A DNA stretch of 64,000 nucleotides from Patescibacteria group bacterium. GTDB lineage: Bacteria; Patescibacteriota; Patescibacteriia; UBA2196. Below are positions 10,101 to 18,816 of the stretch, piece after piece. How positions within the stretch are numbered: the stretch's first letter is position 1; each line of letters opens with the position of its first letter. Where the stretch lies: the NCBI GenBank assembly GCA_028748975.1, contig JAQTPI010000004.1, positions 14,734 through 78,733 of the forward strand, read 5' to 3'. The translations under genes were made by a program, and so were the position numbers. The notes below the pieces were generated by a model. That model had not been told where the DNA came from, searched no databases, and saw only the letters and a list, made by a program, of their open reading frames with translations.

Positions 10101-10308
10101 GGTGGCGACCTTGGGCGCGGGTACAACGCTTTATGAAGATGAGGACGTGGTTACAGTCAGCACCACCAAACCTGCTAACCAGTTCCGTTATTGGTATCGC
10201 GTGCGTTCGCAGGCAAGCAATGGCCAATGGTCTGATTGGTCAGCGGCCGCGCCGGTTGGCGGCGAGTATTCCTATTGTTACCGCGGGCCGAGCTGGGAGG
10301 AGAGGTAA
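4102..10308 (+). CDS. Giant (2068 aa) cell-surface protein: N-terminal signal anchor, several fibronectin-III-like modules, a CARDB-like module, Cys-rich segments, a DUF2341-like region followed by a LamG/concanavalin-like region, and further Ig-like repeats.
   Basis: One uninterrupted ORF. It begins with the hydrophobic helix MKIKRYKILLVGVILILIAGGFFVI. FN3-like W/Y/T-spaced segments are present, and LPDLVVESVTPP...NTGNASTG resembles CARDB. LVDFPVLIKLNGSRIDY...WVKVP resembles DUF2341, and EAWVRSD...DEMRLSNVARSAAW resembles LamG. GC is about 52%. Confidence 0.8.
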   Translation: MKIKRYKILLVGVILILIAGGFFVIQKSGQEAEAQGLLPLSPPTNVQKNYATTALIDWSWSAPVSGGLPIDYYKVYTGSGGFISDVTGTNYTQPGLNPSTQYSIKVMSCKYGSDPTCTGPYYASTFSSTAYGYTKANTPSNLTVSPSADCLADNYGASGECQLTWSWSANDNSAGTNYYYSTDEGAGAWTTSLSYTETISFDSCRTHTAGSTAHTFYVKAKNGEGEETDTTSLSKTEYNVCDWLEDFVLSHIPPYANQFRATWTPSPNIEIRAALNGGNFQTITNNGTFMAGPDGVWANARNWVDFQWHYVGEAWPPNIIITKEIKALLPQVASVSCSGATTNSLTVTAEGGGLGFPNLFTLLSGVKMSKAVVYGTDDDVGTYSSGYPTSIPLTWTVSNLSPNTSYSFKFISYNQEGTANWETEALTAGSCRTAAAVYPQCGTTTYSPAPPTWTHSSVLVSIPCTEEGGPGCSKSTYTLSRSSNGSGTIVISDIVGNTTECPYNVTNIDKIAPTVNSFTVDDHASDFTSSDTGPVIDWTVADSGGSGLKQVEVWRKTAGGDWILIYTTTDVSGNGPTSGSFTDSVDCLPSHQPYTYGIHVLDNANNIGYENNPIAVTLSNCGGTPTCGSNDNGEGDLLQATCENAPIFGKWNYASDDATGMCWKKDRDDPYLCCGDDSGENWDYFREFFGSFGSYSTDENDNACCNNASDCVFNHTCYDGDANGASFESASCMSGQRYCGGPNVYTWETDADYNFAVCQCLQGSADRWNESGWFGGNQINWSIGGYSQDRCCGDDAGEVFANGVCTTGAALPDLVVESVTPPTGLICMGRSATFSAVIKNTGNASTGAGFANQITLVDTGSCLANSTALTASESKNISCAITPSAAGIKTVMSQADYDDAISESNEDNNGRDTTATIFATPNTPTGLTATGIGATDITWDWDNMSGATSYIILLNGIPVDTVTSSQYIAQDLWGAADYTITVQSYNGCGVSSGAQHTVTRGVSLAGSPGAQTINQGASAIYTITVSSVNGLADTVNLTLSGCPSGATCQLSGSSVILNNNSQGVTLTVSNASVGGPYTLTISGHGVASNKNGATTVDLTVVEANYPSVSIWAIPQTIARGQSSVVSWTSNNASSVDITNIGTGLATSGNQSVAPTVTTTYTATAYGSGGRTATASVTVTVTNPTEIYCGDGVCNGAETCSTCPSDCGICVGGGGDSPSTPTNLSGPSGCTTDTTPSFSFTVSDPDFGDKVGYQIQIDDSATFASPLIDFTWSSLGDTPQNGTFDTPSSCPTPLGGYAVCNTPLPAGNYYWRVRALDNHSNFSSYESGSAFSVAAVCGGGGGVNADFTVCKYSADTFQFLNATEGVTVPTYGWNFDDGTGCAETGCTASIGGTTIGTRIDPAHKFNNNYWAKRIKITFSNGGQAENLVDFPVLIKLNGSRIDYTQTQNSGQDLRFFDADGGTELAYEIEKWNESGDSFVWVKVPQIDASSNSDYIWLYYGNPAATAGANAESVWNSGYAAVYHLKETSGKHYDSTANNNDSENNPNVQTQGSAAGKIDGADDFLKEVNGEGEETSSDSITINDSNSLDLTNALTIEAWVRSDYLENRDRIVSKGSISQTYVLRQEISDTGGSFPGSLHFFGAGVAQARSILTAGTLQYIAATWDGINGDHKPKLFNNGSEVSSYFAQTAKTAPINANTEVLTIGNIDQGWDGIIDEMRLSNVARSAAWLKAQYLSMSDTFNTFSSQESLGYVIDGGKVAGATDELRIMNQELRTTDNGQQTTDNLQQITNKNIFEKIWAGIKTAGKWAVNLFKAKDSEALSATYSVMLSVNDPAGNDTETKVVNLASVPLCEFNLTNVSSLSCGRVDGEWEKFGGFADAGAYTVKRCAGSGCSDFDTVSVTKSCSTSCYFEDIGVEPSTAYSYYISLPTQGVKNSTDNPACDGASAICPLSVTTAVCGVEGSDIVTTRACGKITLIWDEVEGSTIYEVQRAIGASDNTFTTVATLGAGTTLYEDEDVVTVSTTKPANQFRYWYRVRSQASNGQWSDWSAAAPVGGEYSYCYRGPSWEER

Positions 10309-10313
10309 CGATA

Positions 10314-10348
10314 GCATTAAAGCATTAAAGCATTAAAGCATTAAAGCA
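10314..10348. repeat. Tandem octamer microsatellite (GCATTAAA/CATTAAAG) x4, immediately after the stop codon.
   Basis: Direct reading of the sequence. The same octamer family recurs at other gene ends (14044, 20505) and, as the reverse complement TTTTAATG, just upstream of start codons (12100, 20575, 23590, 37040). Confidence 0.85.
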
Positions 10349-10374
10349 ATAGTTTTTGTAATAAAATTTTTTAG

Positions 10375-10414
10375 GCGGTTTTTGGCTAATCTTAGCCAAA
10401 AACCGCCTTTTTCG
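10375..10414 (+). terminator. Rho-independent terminator of the giant gene.
   Basis: Perfect hairpin ggcggtttttggctaa-tc-ttagccaaaaaccgcc, followed by ttttt. Confidence 0.85.
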
Positions 10415-10433
10415 TATATTAAAAGTTATCCAC

Positions 10434-10462
10434 TTGACAAATTTTCAAAAATGCGCTATACT
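10434..10462 (+). promoter_or_regulatory. Sigma-70-like promoter TTGACA-17-TATACT (copy 1 of a thrice-repeated promoter module).
   Basis: ttgacaaattttcaaaaatgcgctatactta is nearly identical to the copies at 11173 and 30304. It is followed by an about 90-nt leader containing the hairpin cttcaTAAAcgaag and the SD aaggagg. Confidence 0.6.
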
Positions 10463-10549
10463 TAAGGTAGCTGAAAGAAGCTAAAAAACAACCAAAAAAC
10501 ATACAAAAAAGCCCGCCTTCATAAACGAAGTCGAGGCAAGGAGGATGTC

Positions 10550-11038
10550 ATGAAACAGCTACTTTTTCTCGCGGCAATGATCGTATTTCTGGTCTACGCT
10601 TTCGCGCCGGGACAGACCCAGGAATTGAACAAGAATGGGTTCAGGCTGGAAAAGGACATTTTGGTCGACGGAGTCTTTGAAAATGACTTTGTCGCCACAG
10701 CCTTGTCCTTTTCGGTCCCGGCCAATGTGGACACCGCGATCATTGATCTTCAGGGGCACAGCATTGTGTCCTTGATGCGTCCGCCCGCGTATTCCTACGC
10801 GGCCGGAATCAGCGTGGCCTGCGCCAACGACGAGACCGTGATCATTGTCAAAAATGCCACGGTACGCAATTTTGACGCCGGCTTTGCTTTCCAAGGCGGG
10901 CAGATTATCCTGAACAACGTCACAGTTCAGGGAAATCGCATACCCCTGGTGGCCAACCGCGCCAGCGTCAAAATGACGGCAGTCACCATGCCGGCCAATG
11001 TGGAGATCCACAACGGCGGGCAGGCGCTGCTCCAGTAG
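10550..11038 (+). CDS. Secreted hypothetical protein (162 aa) with a signal peptide and beta-helix-like NxTVxN repeats.
   Basis: Preceded by an SD (aaggagg) and the promoter above. It has a hydrophobic N-terminus. It was preferred over the antisense ORF 10559..11050 because of its regulatory context. GC-rich. Confidence 0.65.
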   Translation: MKQLLFLAAMIVFLVYAFAPGQTQELNKNGFRLEKDILVDGVFENDFVATALSFSVPANVDTAIIDLQGHSIVSLMRPPAYSYAAGISVACANDETVIIVKNATVRNFDAGFAFQGGQIILNNVTVQGNRIPLVANRASVKMTAVTMPANVEIHNGGQALLQ

Positions 11039-11057
11039 CGGCCAAGCCAAACAAGTG

Positions 11058-11092
11058 CCGGTCCGATGATTACATCTCGGACCGGTTTTTTT
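11058..11092 (+). terminator. Rho-independent terminator.
   Basis: Hairpin ccggtccga...tcggaccgg followed by ttttttt. Confidence 0.85.
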
Positions 11093-11172
11093 ATTTGAAT
11101 ATAATATTAAGAGACGATTTGATGTTTATCTAACCACCTATTTATACCCTAAAATTATTTATTTTTTAGCCC

Positions 11173-11201
11173 TTGACAAGTTTCCAAAAATGCGCTATAC
11201 T
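11173..11201 (+). promoter_or_regulatory. Promoter module copy 2 (TTGACA-17-TATACT), with the same leader as copy 1.
   Basis: ttgacaagtttccaaaaatgcgctatactta. The downstream leader is about 90% identical to that of 10550 and ends in caaggaggaaagacc ATG. Confidence 0.6.
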
Positions 11202-11285
11202 TACGATAGCTGAAAGAAGCTAAAAAACATACATAAACCAAAAAGCCCGCCTTCGTAAACGAAGTCGAGGCAAGGAGGAAAGACC

Positions 11286-11888
11286 ATGAAAAAGTCTTTG
11301 ATCGCAATCGTAGCGGTTGCAACTTTATTCTGCAGCTGCGTGGTGGCACAGGCAAAAGAAGCGACCAGCTACCATCACCTGGAAGGCACCAGTGAGATCG
11401 GTTTTTATGTGGTGCCGCTAACCGACAATATTTTTGACCTGATCGGATCGAACCTGGAGAGTGCCAGGGTTTGGGACAGTGGCCAGCAGAAGTATGTGGA
11501 GCTGGACACCACGGGGTTGAAATATTACGCCCGCCACGGCGCCGGATTTATCATCAAGGTGAAAAATCCACAGGAGCTGGAAGTGGTGGGCGAACCGGTT
11601 TCCACCAGCGACATCAAATTACTGACGGGCTGGAATTTCGTCACCAACACCACGGGAAGCTTTTACAATTATTTGGAAAAAGATTGTAAAGTGATCGCGC
11701 TGTGGATTTATACCGACGACGGGTACAAACCAGTCTCCGTGCAAGATTTTGAACTGGGAGACGGGACTCCGTTCTGGGTTTGTGCCCGGAAACCAGGGAA
11801 TCTCAAGCTGAAAAATTCTCAAAAAGAACCGGACATAACCACGGTTTTTACGAGGAATTTGACAGCTACCCCGCCGCCGATTCAATAA
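11286..11888 (+). CDS. Secreted hypothetical protein (200 aa) with a signal peptide.
   Basis: Preceded by an SD and the promoter module. Hydrophobic N-terminus (IAIVAVATLFCSCVVAQA). GC-rich. Confidence 0.65.
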   Translation: MKKSLIAIVAVATLFCSCVVAQAKEATSYHHLEGTSEIGFYVVPLTDNIFDLIGSNLESARVWDSGQQKYVELDTTGLKYYARHGAGFIIKVKNPQELEVVGEPVSTSDIKLLTGWNFVTNTTGSFYNYLEKDCKVIALWIYTDDGYKPVSVQDFELGDGTPFWVCARKPGNLKLKNSQKEPDITTVFTRNLTATPPPIQ

Positions 11889-11906
11889 CAAGCCTTCTTC
11901 GGCAAG

Positions 11907-11933
11907 CCTCGACATTGTGTCGAGGTTTTTTTA
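11907..11933 (+). terminator. Rho-independent terminator.
   Basis: Hairpin cctcgacattgtgtcgagg followed by ttttttt. Confidence 0.85.
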
Positions 11934-12039
11934 TTTGGGCCTAGCGGCCTCCTACGAATGTACGAATTCTACCAAGATACTAATAATAAAAAACGAAATG
12001 ACAAAATGATTTTATTTCCCTATATCCTTATTTCTTTAT

Positions 12040-12132
12040 TTTCTGTTCCCCTTATTACTTATTACTTATTACTTATTACTAGTTACTTATTACCCGCTTC
12101 TAATGTTTTTATGCTTTAATGTTTTAATGTTT
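12040..12132. repeat. Microsatellite block: (TTATTAC)n / TTATTACTAGTTACTTATTAC, then (TTTTAATG)n running into the annotated start region.
   Basis: Direct reading. These are reverse complements of the GTAATAAG / CATTAAAG families seen after other genes. Confidence 0.8.
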
Positions 12133-12153
12133 TTATGGTATAATAAAATAGAT

Positions 12154-14043
12154 ATGCACCACAGAAAAATCTTACTGACTTTTCTGTTTTTAGCCGTTCT
12201 GATGATTGGCGGATTTTTGGCGTCAACAAAAGCGGCCTGGGCCGGCACTGGTAAAATCGTGGGCGATAAATATAACCTGCCCTATCCGCGCATCGGCGTG
12301 TTTCTTTGGGCCGGCACCACGGAATGGTTCGCGCAAAAAGGAATTGATTTGGTGGCGGCGAGCCCGGGCGTGGACATTGAGGGAGTAAAAAAATTAAGTC
12401 CGAAAGTTTTAGTCAGCCACACCAATGACATCAATAAATTATGCGGCGACGATCGGCCGGAAGAATGGTATTATCATGACGCCGATGGCAATCGTGTTTC
12501 CTACTGGGGCGGCTATCTTTGTAATTTTAATTATCAGCCTTTCCGTGAATTCGTCGGCAATACTTTTGCCGGCATGGTGGGCGGCGCCGATTTCGTCACC
12601 ACCGATGGGCTGTGGACCATGCCTGGCCGGGCAGAAATTTTACAGACGGTTCGAAGCCGGATTGGCGACACGCCTTTTATGGTCAATGGCAATGGCGGCT
12701 ATGAACAAGATAAAAGCATGTATGAATATTACAATGGCAGTTTTTTGGAAGATGGCGGCAATTTCAACAGCAATTGGGATTCAGCTTTTGGCACCTATGA
12801 AGACATGATGAATTATGCCCGCCAGCCGCACATCATCGTCATTGACGGCACCCCGACCAACTGGAGCTTGCCCAACATGACTGATGATTTCAAATTGATG
12901 CGCTTTGGCCTTGGCACGACGCTTCTTGGCGACGGCTATTTTTCTTACGAAGTCGGAATTAATAATCATTTTTATATCGGCTATTTTGACGAGTATGATT
13001 TGGATTTGGGCTATCCCAAAGGCGCGCCGCAGTGCATCAAAAACGAAGGCCGCTGGGGTTATGAAAAACGCTGCGTTTTCGTGAGGTTTTTTGACAAGGG
13101 CGTTTCCATTTTGAATGTCAAAGGCAAATCCGAATCAATCAGTGATAATGATTTAAAAAGCTTGCCCGGTTATGCTGGCCCGTATTATCGCTTTCGGGGC
13201 GGGCAGGACACGGTTTGGAATAATGGACAGCTTTTTACCAGTTTGAATTTGGACGGCCAGAAAGAATTAACCAACGAGCAGTACGAGCATTATAAAATTT
13301 GGGGTGACGCCATCATTCTTTTAAAAGAACCGAAAGTGGTGGTGGCGGACATTATTATTGATGACCACCCGCTGGTCACCTCGCCGGCTAACAAACAAAC
13401 AGAACTGAAAGGTGCGGCCTGGGAAATTGTCAAACCCGGTAAAGGCGATAAGTTTTGGCGGCTTTATAGTTCGGAATTGGGAGAAAGTCCGGCATCTTAC
13501 GGCGCGATTTCCGCCAGTAAAAACGCGGAAGCAATTTTTCGGCCAAAGATTGGCGTGCCGGGCCGCTACCGCGTCTCTGAATGGCATGGCAATGATTATG
13601 CCGAGAGTGAAACAACCAGCGCCATTTATGAAATAAATTATAAAGGCGGAGTTAAAGTTGAATCAATTAACCAATCCCAAAGTTATGGCCAATGGAATTT
13701 TTTAGGCGAGTTTTATTTCACAGAGGGAGACAGCGGCTATGTCAAATTGAATAATAATGGCCAAGGAGTTTTGGTAGCGGACGCGGTGAAATTTGAATAT
13801 CAAGACGCGGTGTTGATGGCTGACTTTAACTGTGACGGGCAGATTAATATCGCTGATTTCGGAATTTTATTGTCGCACTGGGGGCAAAAAGAAAATAACG
13901 GTTCGCTGAAAAAATACAAACATCCCCTGTGTCAGGAAGCAAAAAGTTTGGATTTAGTGTTAGATAATACAATTAACATCAAAGATTTGGGCGCCCTGCT
14001 TTCCTGCTGGGGCAATCCGGATAATGAGACGTGTTATCAGTAA
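12154..14043 (+). CDS. Secreted protein (about 629 aa) with a C-terminal pair of dockerin-like Ca-binding repeats.
   Basis: The likely true start is ATG 12154 (MHHRKILLTFLFLAVLMIGG); the track ORF 12103 begins inside the TTTTAATG repeats. The C-terminus carries DFNCDGQINIADFGILLSHWG ... NTINIKDLGALLSCWG, which resembles dockerin type-I duplicated repeats. Confidence 0.65.
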   Translation: MHHRKILLTFLFLAVLMIGGFLASTKAAWAGTGKIVGDKYNLPYPRIGVFLWAGTTEWFAQKGIDLVAASPGVDIEGVKKLSPKVLVSHTNDINKLCGDDRPEEWYYHDADGNRVSYWGGYLCNFNYQPFREFVGNTFAGMVGGADFVTTDGLWTMPGRAEILQTVRSRIGDTPFMVNGNGGYEQDKSMYEYYNGSFLEDGGNFNSNWDSAFGTYEDMMNYARQPHIIVIDGTPTNWSLPNMTDDFKLMRFGLGTTLLGDGYFSYEVGINNHFYIGYFDEYDLDLGYPKGAPQCIKNEGRWGYEKRCVFVRFFDKGVSILNVKGKSESISDNDLKSLPGYAGPYYRFRGGQDTVWNNGQLFTSLNLDGQKELTNEQYEHYKIWGDAIILLKEPKVVVADIIIDDHPLVTSPANKQTELKGAAWEIVKPGKGDKFWRLYSSELGESPASYGAISASKNAEAIFRPKIGVPGRYRVSEWHGNDYAESETTSAIYEINYKGGVKVESINQSQSYGQWNFLGEFYFTEGDSGYVKLNNNGQGVLVADAVKFEYQDAVLMADFNCDGQINIADFGILLSHWGQKENNGSLKKYKHPLCQEAKSLDLVLDNTINIKDLGALLSCWGNPDNETCYQ

Positions 14044-14118
14044 GCATTAAAGCAATAAAGCATTAAAGCAATAAAGCAATAAAGCAATAAAGCAATAAAG
14101 CAATAAAGCAATAAAGCA
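14044..14118. repeat. Tandem octamer microsatellite (CAATAAAG/CATTAAAG) x9.
   Basis: Direct reading between the stop at 14043 and the ATG at 14129. Confidence 0.9.
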
Positions 14119-14128
14119 AACAGAAACC

Positions 14129-16216
14129 ATGAAAGAAAAATCTGAAAATAAAACATTATCTATTGCCTTTGGAATAATTTTGGGCGTGCTTTTATTTTTC
14201 TTTGGCAAGCTGTGTCTGGCCGCTGTTTTTCCCGGCATTGATTTGCCGACTTTTGAAGAAAGGAGAGCGGCTTACATTAAAGACCAGGGGCAAAGCGTCA
14301 GCGGCGATTTTCCCTACTCCATGAGAATACCGCTTTTTGCCTGGCTGGAAACACCAGAGCAAAACAAAGGACGAATTAGCGAGGAAATTGGATACATGAC
14401 CAGTATGGGCGATGATTGCAGTAGTGGACAGCAAGATTGGAGCAATTGCTGGTGGACCGGCGACCACCCCAACACCATTGTCGCCAGTTATGTTTATTAC
14501 AAATATTATCAGGATAAAAAAGTTATTTATGATTCAGACGCGGCCAGAATCAGAGAAAAATTATTTTCCATCGCCGAAATGGGCACCAAAAAGGACTTGG
14601 CCAAAACTTTTTGGGGCTGCGACGGCAATTATTTTTATCGTTATTTTGTGACTGGATATCTTTACGCCGTCAGAATTGGCGGGCTGGGCAAGGCGTATTT
14701 TGATAACGTGCCAACCTGTGCCAATAAGTTCACTTACCAGGGCCGAAAATACACTAGTGGAAATTATTACGAGGCAAAACAATTTTATAGCGATTATCTG
14801 GGGTACACCATGGATTCCTTGCTGAAAAGTGGAGACAACGAGGATTTTGGCAATTACTATTATTCCCAAATTCAATCCATTGCTGCTGTTTATGATTTTA
14901 GTCCGGACGCGCAACTGAAAAGAAAGGCGAAAATGCTCTTGGATTGGCTGAACTTCACTTATGCTGTCGGTTTTAGCGTCGGACATTTTGCCGACGGCCA
15001 TGGCCGCACCTATTTTGAATATCACGGGCGAGTGATGGATAATTTTCCTTTTTCCACTTTTTTCTATCTTGATAAACACCTGGCCGAACAGCTGCAAATG
15101 TGGTCCAATTCCCAAGAATTTTATATTTCCGCTTACCGCTATCCGGAGGTGATGAGAAAAATTTTTGAAAAAATAAACGGTCCGAATATGTCGGAAACCG
15201 ACGGTGATTATTATCGGATTGTGCGCGGCAACGATCCGCGGCTGGGCTGTGAAAAAACAGATCGGGGAGAGAAATGCTATCGCTATGAATATGTGACGCC
15301 GTATTATAATCTGGGCGGTTCTGGTTTGGGCACGGGCTGGGAGTTGAATATCAAAAGCGAGACATTGCCGTTTCGGGTTTGGATAAATTCTTGCAACAAG
15401 GTTTATGAAAGAGGCTGCAACGGGCAGCTGACTTGGGGCTGGAGCGAACTGTTTAGAACAGGAGCTTTGGGTTACCAATATAAAAACGCCATTTTCTATT
15501 ATGGCGGCGGTAACATCCAGCAAGAGATTGGCAACGGTTCTTGGTCAGAGACGGCGGAATATGATTATAAAGATGGCTGGGGGGATGAAAGAAAGTGGCA
15601 GTTTTTTAGAAAAGAAGGCGTGGCTGTGGCGGCGGAAGTCAGAGGCAATGGCCCTTCGGCGCTGGAAGTGGTAAAACTGGGCGTGGATTATCCGGATTTC
15701 AACTCTTTCATTGGGGCGGTGAAGAGAAATTCTAAATTAAGCTGGGATGGTTTTACCACCAGTAAGGGCTTCACCATTACCAAAGGATTTGTTGATTATG
15801 GTTCGGAATATACCAAATTGCCTTTTGACCGGCTGGAAGTTTGGGAGGGACATGTTAATAAAAATGATGAGAAAAAAATTGTTGATTGGAATAACAATGT
15901 GATGACAGTGACACAAGGCAATTTAACGTGCAAATATAATTTTAACAGCTGGACTTTTTCTGGTAATGGCTGCGCGGGCCAGGGCGCCGCTTACAAGGCC
16001 GATTTCAACTGCGACGGGGTGATAAATATTTCCGATTTTGGAATTTTGCTGTCGCACTGGGGGCAGACGGAGAAAATTAAAGAGTATCAAAACGCCCAGT
16101 GCGGCGTGGCAAGAAGCTTGGATTTGGCGGCGAATAATCGAATTGACACCAGTGATTTAAGCGCCTTGCTTTCCTGTTGGGGCACGCCGGAGGAGGAAGT
16201 GTGCATGGAGAAGTGA
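14129..16216 (+). CDS. Secreted protein (695 aa) with the same C-terminal dockerin-like module as 12154..14043.
   Basis: It has an N-terminal signal anchor. The C-terminus DFNCDGVINISDFGILLSHWGQ ... NRIDTSDLSALLSCWGTPEEEVC is near-identical to the module of its neighbour. Confidence 0.7.
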   Translation: MKEKSENKTLSIAFGIILGVLLFFFGKLCLAAVFPGIDLPTFEERRAAYIKDQGQSVSGDFPYSMRIPLFAWLETPEQNKGRISEEIGYMTSMGDDCSSGQQDWSNCWWTGDHPNTIVASYVYYKYYQDKKVIYDSDAARIREKLFSIAEMGTKKDLAKTFWGCDGNYFYRYFVTGYLYAVRIGGLGKAYFDNVPTCANKFTYQGRKYTSGNYYEAKQFYSDYLGYTMDSLLKSGDNEDFGNYYYSQIQSIAAVYDFSPDAQLKRKAKMLLDWLNFTYAVGFSVGHFADGHGRTYFEYHGRVMDNFPFSTFFYLDKHLAEQLQMWSNSQEFYISAYRYPEVMRKIFEKINGPNMSETDGDYYRIVRGNDPRLGCEKTDRGEKCYRYEYVTPYYNLGGSGLGTGWELNIKSETLPFRVWINSCNKVYERGCNGQLTWGWSELFRTGALGYQYKNAIFYYGGGNIQQEIGNGSWSETAEYDYKDGWGDERKWQFFRKEGVAVAAEVRGNGPSALEVVKLGVDYPDFNSFIGAVKRNSKLSWDGFTTSKGFTITKGFVDYGSEYTKLPFDRLEVWEGHVNKNDEKKIVDWNNNVMTVTQGNLTCKYNFNSWTFSGNGCAGQGAAYKADFNCDGVINISDFGILLSHWGQTEKIKEYQNAQCGVARSLDLAANNRIDTSDLSALLSCWGTPEEEVCMEK

Positions 16217-16291
16217 GGGAGACAAAGCCTGCCCTGAGCGACCATAGGGAGTCGAAGGGCTCCGTTCAAACCCGGGAAGACAATATTAAAT

Positions 16292-16603
16292 ATGAAAAAA
16301 ATAATTGAATATTTTGTTTATATTTTAACTAATAACAAAAAATCAATGTTTTATGTCGGCCAATCAAATAATTTAATTCGTCGGACATGGCAACATAAAC
16401 ACAAACTCATTAATGGTTTTACTAAAAAATATAATCTTGATAAACTTGTTTATTATGAAATTTATGTGACGTTAGAGCAAGCACTAAAGAGGGAAAAACA
16501 ACTTAAGGGTTGGACAAAAGTAAAAAAGATAAATTTAATTAAAAAAATAAATCCCGAACTAAAAGATTTTTCCGATGATTGGTGGCATAAAAATTTGATG
16601 TAG
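16292..16603 (+). CDS. Stand-alone GIY-YIG nuclease domain protein (103 aa).
   Basis: YFVYILTNNKKSMFYVGQSNNLIRRTWQHK ... GFTKKYNLDKLVYYE ... REKQLKGW contains the GIY..YVG, R..QH and conserved E/N hallmarks. It is paralogous to 40046..40357. Confidence 0.7.
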   Translation: MKKIIEYFVYILTNNKKSMFYVGQSNNLIRRTWQHKHKLINGFTKKYNLDKLVYYEIYVTLEQALKREKQLKGWTKVKKINLIKKINPELKDFSDDWWHKNLM

Positions 16604-16621
16604 ATTATACTATAAAATCAT

Positions 16622-18731
<2,110 letters not shown>

Positions 18732-18760
18732 TAAATAATTAATTAAATATTTTATTAAAC

Positions 18761-18808
18761 TATTAATATCCACATCAGTCACGATCGTGACTGATGTGGA
18801 TATTAATA
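18761..18808. promoter_or_regulatory. 48-bp perfect palindrome centred on TCACGATCGTGA, overlapping or just upstream of the PaaX-like gene start; candidate operator or cruciform site.
   Basis: Base-by-base check shows 24/24 complementary arms (tattaatatccacatcagtcacga|tcgtgactgatgtggatattaata). Confidence 0.6.
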
Positions 18809-18816
18809 AAAACCAT

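Noticed and set aside
10559-11050. 163-aa minus-strand ORF overlapping gene 10550..11038.
   Set aside because: The plus-strand gene has a promoter, a conserved leader, a Shine-Dalgarno sequence and a signal peptide. The minus ORF has none and is a GC-rich shadow frame.
12103-12153. Track start of the 646-aa ORF (MFLCFNVLMFLWYNKID...).
   Set aside because: These codons lie inside the TTTTAATG microsatellite. ATG 12154 begins a typical signal-anchor sequence.
10314-14118. Possible CRISPR arrays suggested by tandem short repeats (CATTAAAG, CAATAAAG, TTATTAC runs).
   Set aside because: The units are 7-8 bp and tandem with no unique spacers. No cas genes are present. The only Cas2-like fold (18817..19347) is a PaaX-type regulator. 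These are microsatellites, not CRISPR.
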